Shown here: positions 61,306 through 64,000 of the stretch, piece by piece
How positions within the stretch are numbered: the first letter of the stretch is position 1
Layout: each line of letters opens with the position of its first letter
Origin: Lama guanicoe
Taxonomy: Eukaryota
Direction of reading: 5' to 3'
Length of the DNA: 64,000 nt
Assembly (NCBI GenBank): GCA_013239625.1
Contig: MU053754.1
Location: 865,379-929,378, forward strand
Notes under the pieces: model-generated
Databases searched by the model: none
Told to the model about the DNA's origin: nothing
Seen by the model: only the letters and a program-made list of their open reading frames with translations
Made by a program: the position numbers and the translations under genes

Positions 61306-62363
61306 CACAAGTTTTCGCAGGAGTTTGTTTACTCGTTTCTCAAGATGTGTCCATCTGTGCCGCTGTATATTATATAATTGACCTAGTCACTACATAAAAA
61401 TAAGCTTTATTAAAAGGCACTGAAAATGACTTCTCCCACTTCTGTGTGGTGGAAACGGTAGAATGTTAACGTGGAGGATGATCTGGGCCAGCACTTGTCC
61501 ACAGTCATCGTGCCCGTAGGCTGCAGGGCTTGTGTTAGGAGGCAGGTGCTGACCCAGCAGGACTGGGTCTGGGCCTTGGTCCTGCATGTCTCGCCGTCTC
61601 CCGGGGCGTGTTGATGCGCCGGTCCAGGGGCCACACTTGGAACAAGCGGTCTAGACCACAGTGTCTGCTTCCTTTTCTTTAAGCCATCTCTGCACTGGGT
61701 CCCGCTGACTTCCCCTGGAATCATCACTTTTTCAATTTGCAACACACAGTTAGATAAGGTCACTATCAGGAGATCCATGACATTAACTGGCTTTCATCCC
61801 AAATCCTATTCCCTTACACAAGTTTGTCTCGAAGTGATTGTTTAACTGGGAGAGGGGGGCATTGCTTACTTTGACGCGTCCTAGGCAACGTGGAGGGGTT
61901 TCCTTTGCACTGTCGTAATCTTGACAGCTGCCCTCACAAAGTGGTCCATCTCAGGTTAACATTACTCCTGCAGATGGTTTGGAATGTTCTGGTGTTTGTT
62001 TTATTCTAGCATAAGGATGGCTCTGTGCTAATGGAGAAATGTGTTGCGCACAGTTTACGCTCATCTCTTGAAATCCGGATACAGTGATCACAGTGAATCA
62101 CCGACATCAGAGGCTTGTTTTTCGTAACAGCCAGAATGATAGCAATCACAGTATGAGCCACAGCCTACTGAACACCTGCTGCGTGTTATTCGCTGTGTAA
62201 TTACGTTGAATCCTAGCTTTGCTCTGATACTTAGTTTGGGGGAGGTGAATCGGTTTATTCTTTATATCATTTGTAGCAAGTTAAAAAGTGGAATCAAAGA
62301 TTCAAGCACCCACTCATGTTCCTTTTTTCTCTCTGTGTCGTGCTACAGCTGAGCTCTCAAACC

Positions 62364-62465
62364 TCCCCTCGGCCTGTCCAAAGGCTGTGGCTTCCTGTCC
62401 CCTCAGCCTGTCCAAAGGCTGTGGCTTCCTGTCCCCTCAGCCTGTCCAAAGGCTGTGGCTTCCTG
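62364..62465. repeat. Minisatellite, 3 x 34 bp
   Basis: TCCCCTC(G/A)GCCTGTCCAAAGGCTGTGGCTTCCTG at 62364, 62398 and 62432. Confidence 0.95.
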
Positions 62466-64000
62466 GAGGTGAATGTGCCAATGCATTTTCTGTCTTGTCT
62501 CTTTTCCTTCGGGGAGGTCTCTGTCCAGGAAGTTAGCTGTTGATTTCTGCTGAATTGTGAGTTCATCTTGGCCCCAGTAGCCCCCATGTACCTCTCTTGT
62601 TCTGAAGACTCCCCAAGTCACTGGGGTCCCCAGAGAATCAGAAAATTGTCTGTACCTCTCCTTTGGCGGGACGAGACTGCTCTTTTGGTAAGACCTTCAG
62701 GGGAGGAAGGTGCCTGAGTGCACGTGGACGGTCATGGGCTTCCTGCGGCTGGCACGCCTCCCCACGGCCACAGCGGGGCTACTGGGGATGTGGTGCAGGA
62801 CAGGACGTCCCTTCCTCTGTTCTGTTCTGTCGGACTCTCCTCTCCCCCTGCCTGGAGAGATGCTTCGCTCCCTGTCTGTTTCCCTCACTCCAGGGTTAAT
62901 GGCATAACCTTAGTGTTGTGAGTTCTCCAGGATTCACCACTTGATATTCCAATGCAAAATTTGGAATTAAAAAAAAAAAAACTTTGTCAAGCACCAGTCT
63001 CCTGGAAGAAATGCTTTGCTTTCAAGATCTTTATTTCTGCTGTGAACTGAGAGTTCTACTTTGCTCCTCAACGCCGTGAAGGCACCTCTGATCTTTCTTT
63101 TGTGCTCGTCCGTTCCTGGGGCAGTAAGCTTCAGGCAGAGGCTGATTTTAGCGGTGAGGATCTGCAGAAAATAAACAAGTACCAAGAAGAAAACGTGCAC
63201 CAGAGACTGTTCCCAGAAAATTAAAGTAGGGTCCGTTCATATGGACTGAAATAAAAGTGCAAATCTCAACGAGATGCTTTTGGACATTGATCATCCAGAA
63301 AGTAATTAAGCAACTGACAGATATTTTCGTGTACACTTACTGCTGTAGAGGTTGAATCAAGAACTTGTGCTTAGTGGGAATACTTAGATTTTTATAACTT
63401 CATCTGAAGTGAAAAAGATAAGGGATTTATCTGGGACAAAATGTCACCAGAGTTTTATAGAAGCCCTGAGTGTGTCTCTTGAAACATTTCGAAGTGTTGA
63501 TTCGGCAAATCAAAATTTTGTTTTCTGTTTATTCTTCTTTTCCAGTCTCTTTGATTAAGATTTTCTTATGTAGATGTCACCTCCCAAATCTCCTATGAAA
63601 TCTCTTTTTACTCCCGTTTTTGAATTGGTGCTGAAGGGGAAGATTCAGTTTTTAAAAACTATAGTGTTTTCTAGATGTTCTTATAATCCCCAAACTGGTA
63701 AACTGATATAATTTACATTAATAACATAAACATTGGCAATCAATGGGGTTTTCTTCGCCCAAAGACTTTTTTTAACCAAAGTTGTGAGTGATAGAAAACA
63801 GAGATCTTGCTGAAATGGAAAGGAGAATTACATGCGTGGTTGAATTCACGCTGACAAGCCTGCAGACTGTTTACCATGGGGCTGGAGCGGGCAGGAGGAG
63901 CAGTGTTGTTTCACTGAGTTATCCTGGAGCAAACTGGTATCGTGTGACTTGTAACACCCCTCGACTATCTTGGCGAGCGATTGCACACAGATGTCTGATG

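Noticed and set aside
124..63336. Short ORFs of the six-frame track as protein-coding genes
   Set aside because: Apart from L1 ORF2 pieces, none resembles a protein I recognise. Many start at GTG/TTG, overlap on both strands or lie in repeats, as expected by chance in mammalian non-coding DNA.

Overview
Mammalian, repeat-rich, non-coding DNA, most likely from a camelid (alpaca, llama or camel). That assignment is inferred from three tRNA-headed Vic-1-like SINEs and cetartiodactyl-type L1 3' ends. I recognise no host protein-coding exon, RNA gene, CRISPR array or prokaryotic system. The only identifiable protein sequence is a broken LINE-1 ORF2 reverse-transcriptase fragment (27154-27855, minus). 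The window holds L1, L2/MIR, MLT1/MLT2 LTRs, MER DNA-transposon relics, microsatellites and three N gaps. The gaps separate three near-identical, differently deleted copies of one ~3.4 kb unit (18666-26381), which is either a tandem CNV or an assembly artefact. The best non-repeat signals are: a tandem pair of hairpins with a compensatory change that each bury a consensus 5' splice site (14784-15032); a candidate 11-nt microexon (16154-16164); a perfect six-unit heat-shock element (17961-17990); and a possible minus-strand spliced non-coding transcript (62909-63420). Repeat family names come from recalled consensus sequences and most repeat boundaries are approximate. I cannot support a claim of a new biological system here.
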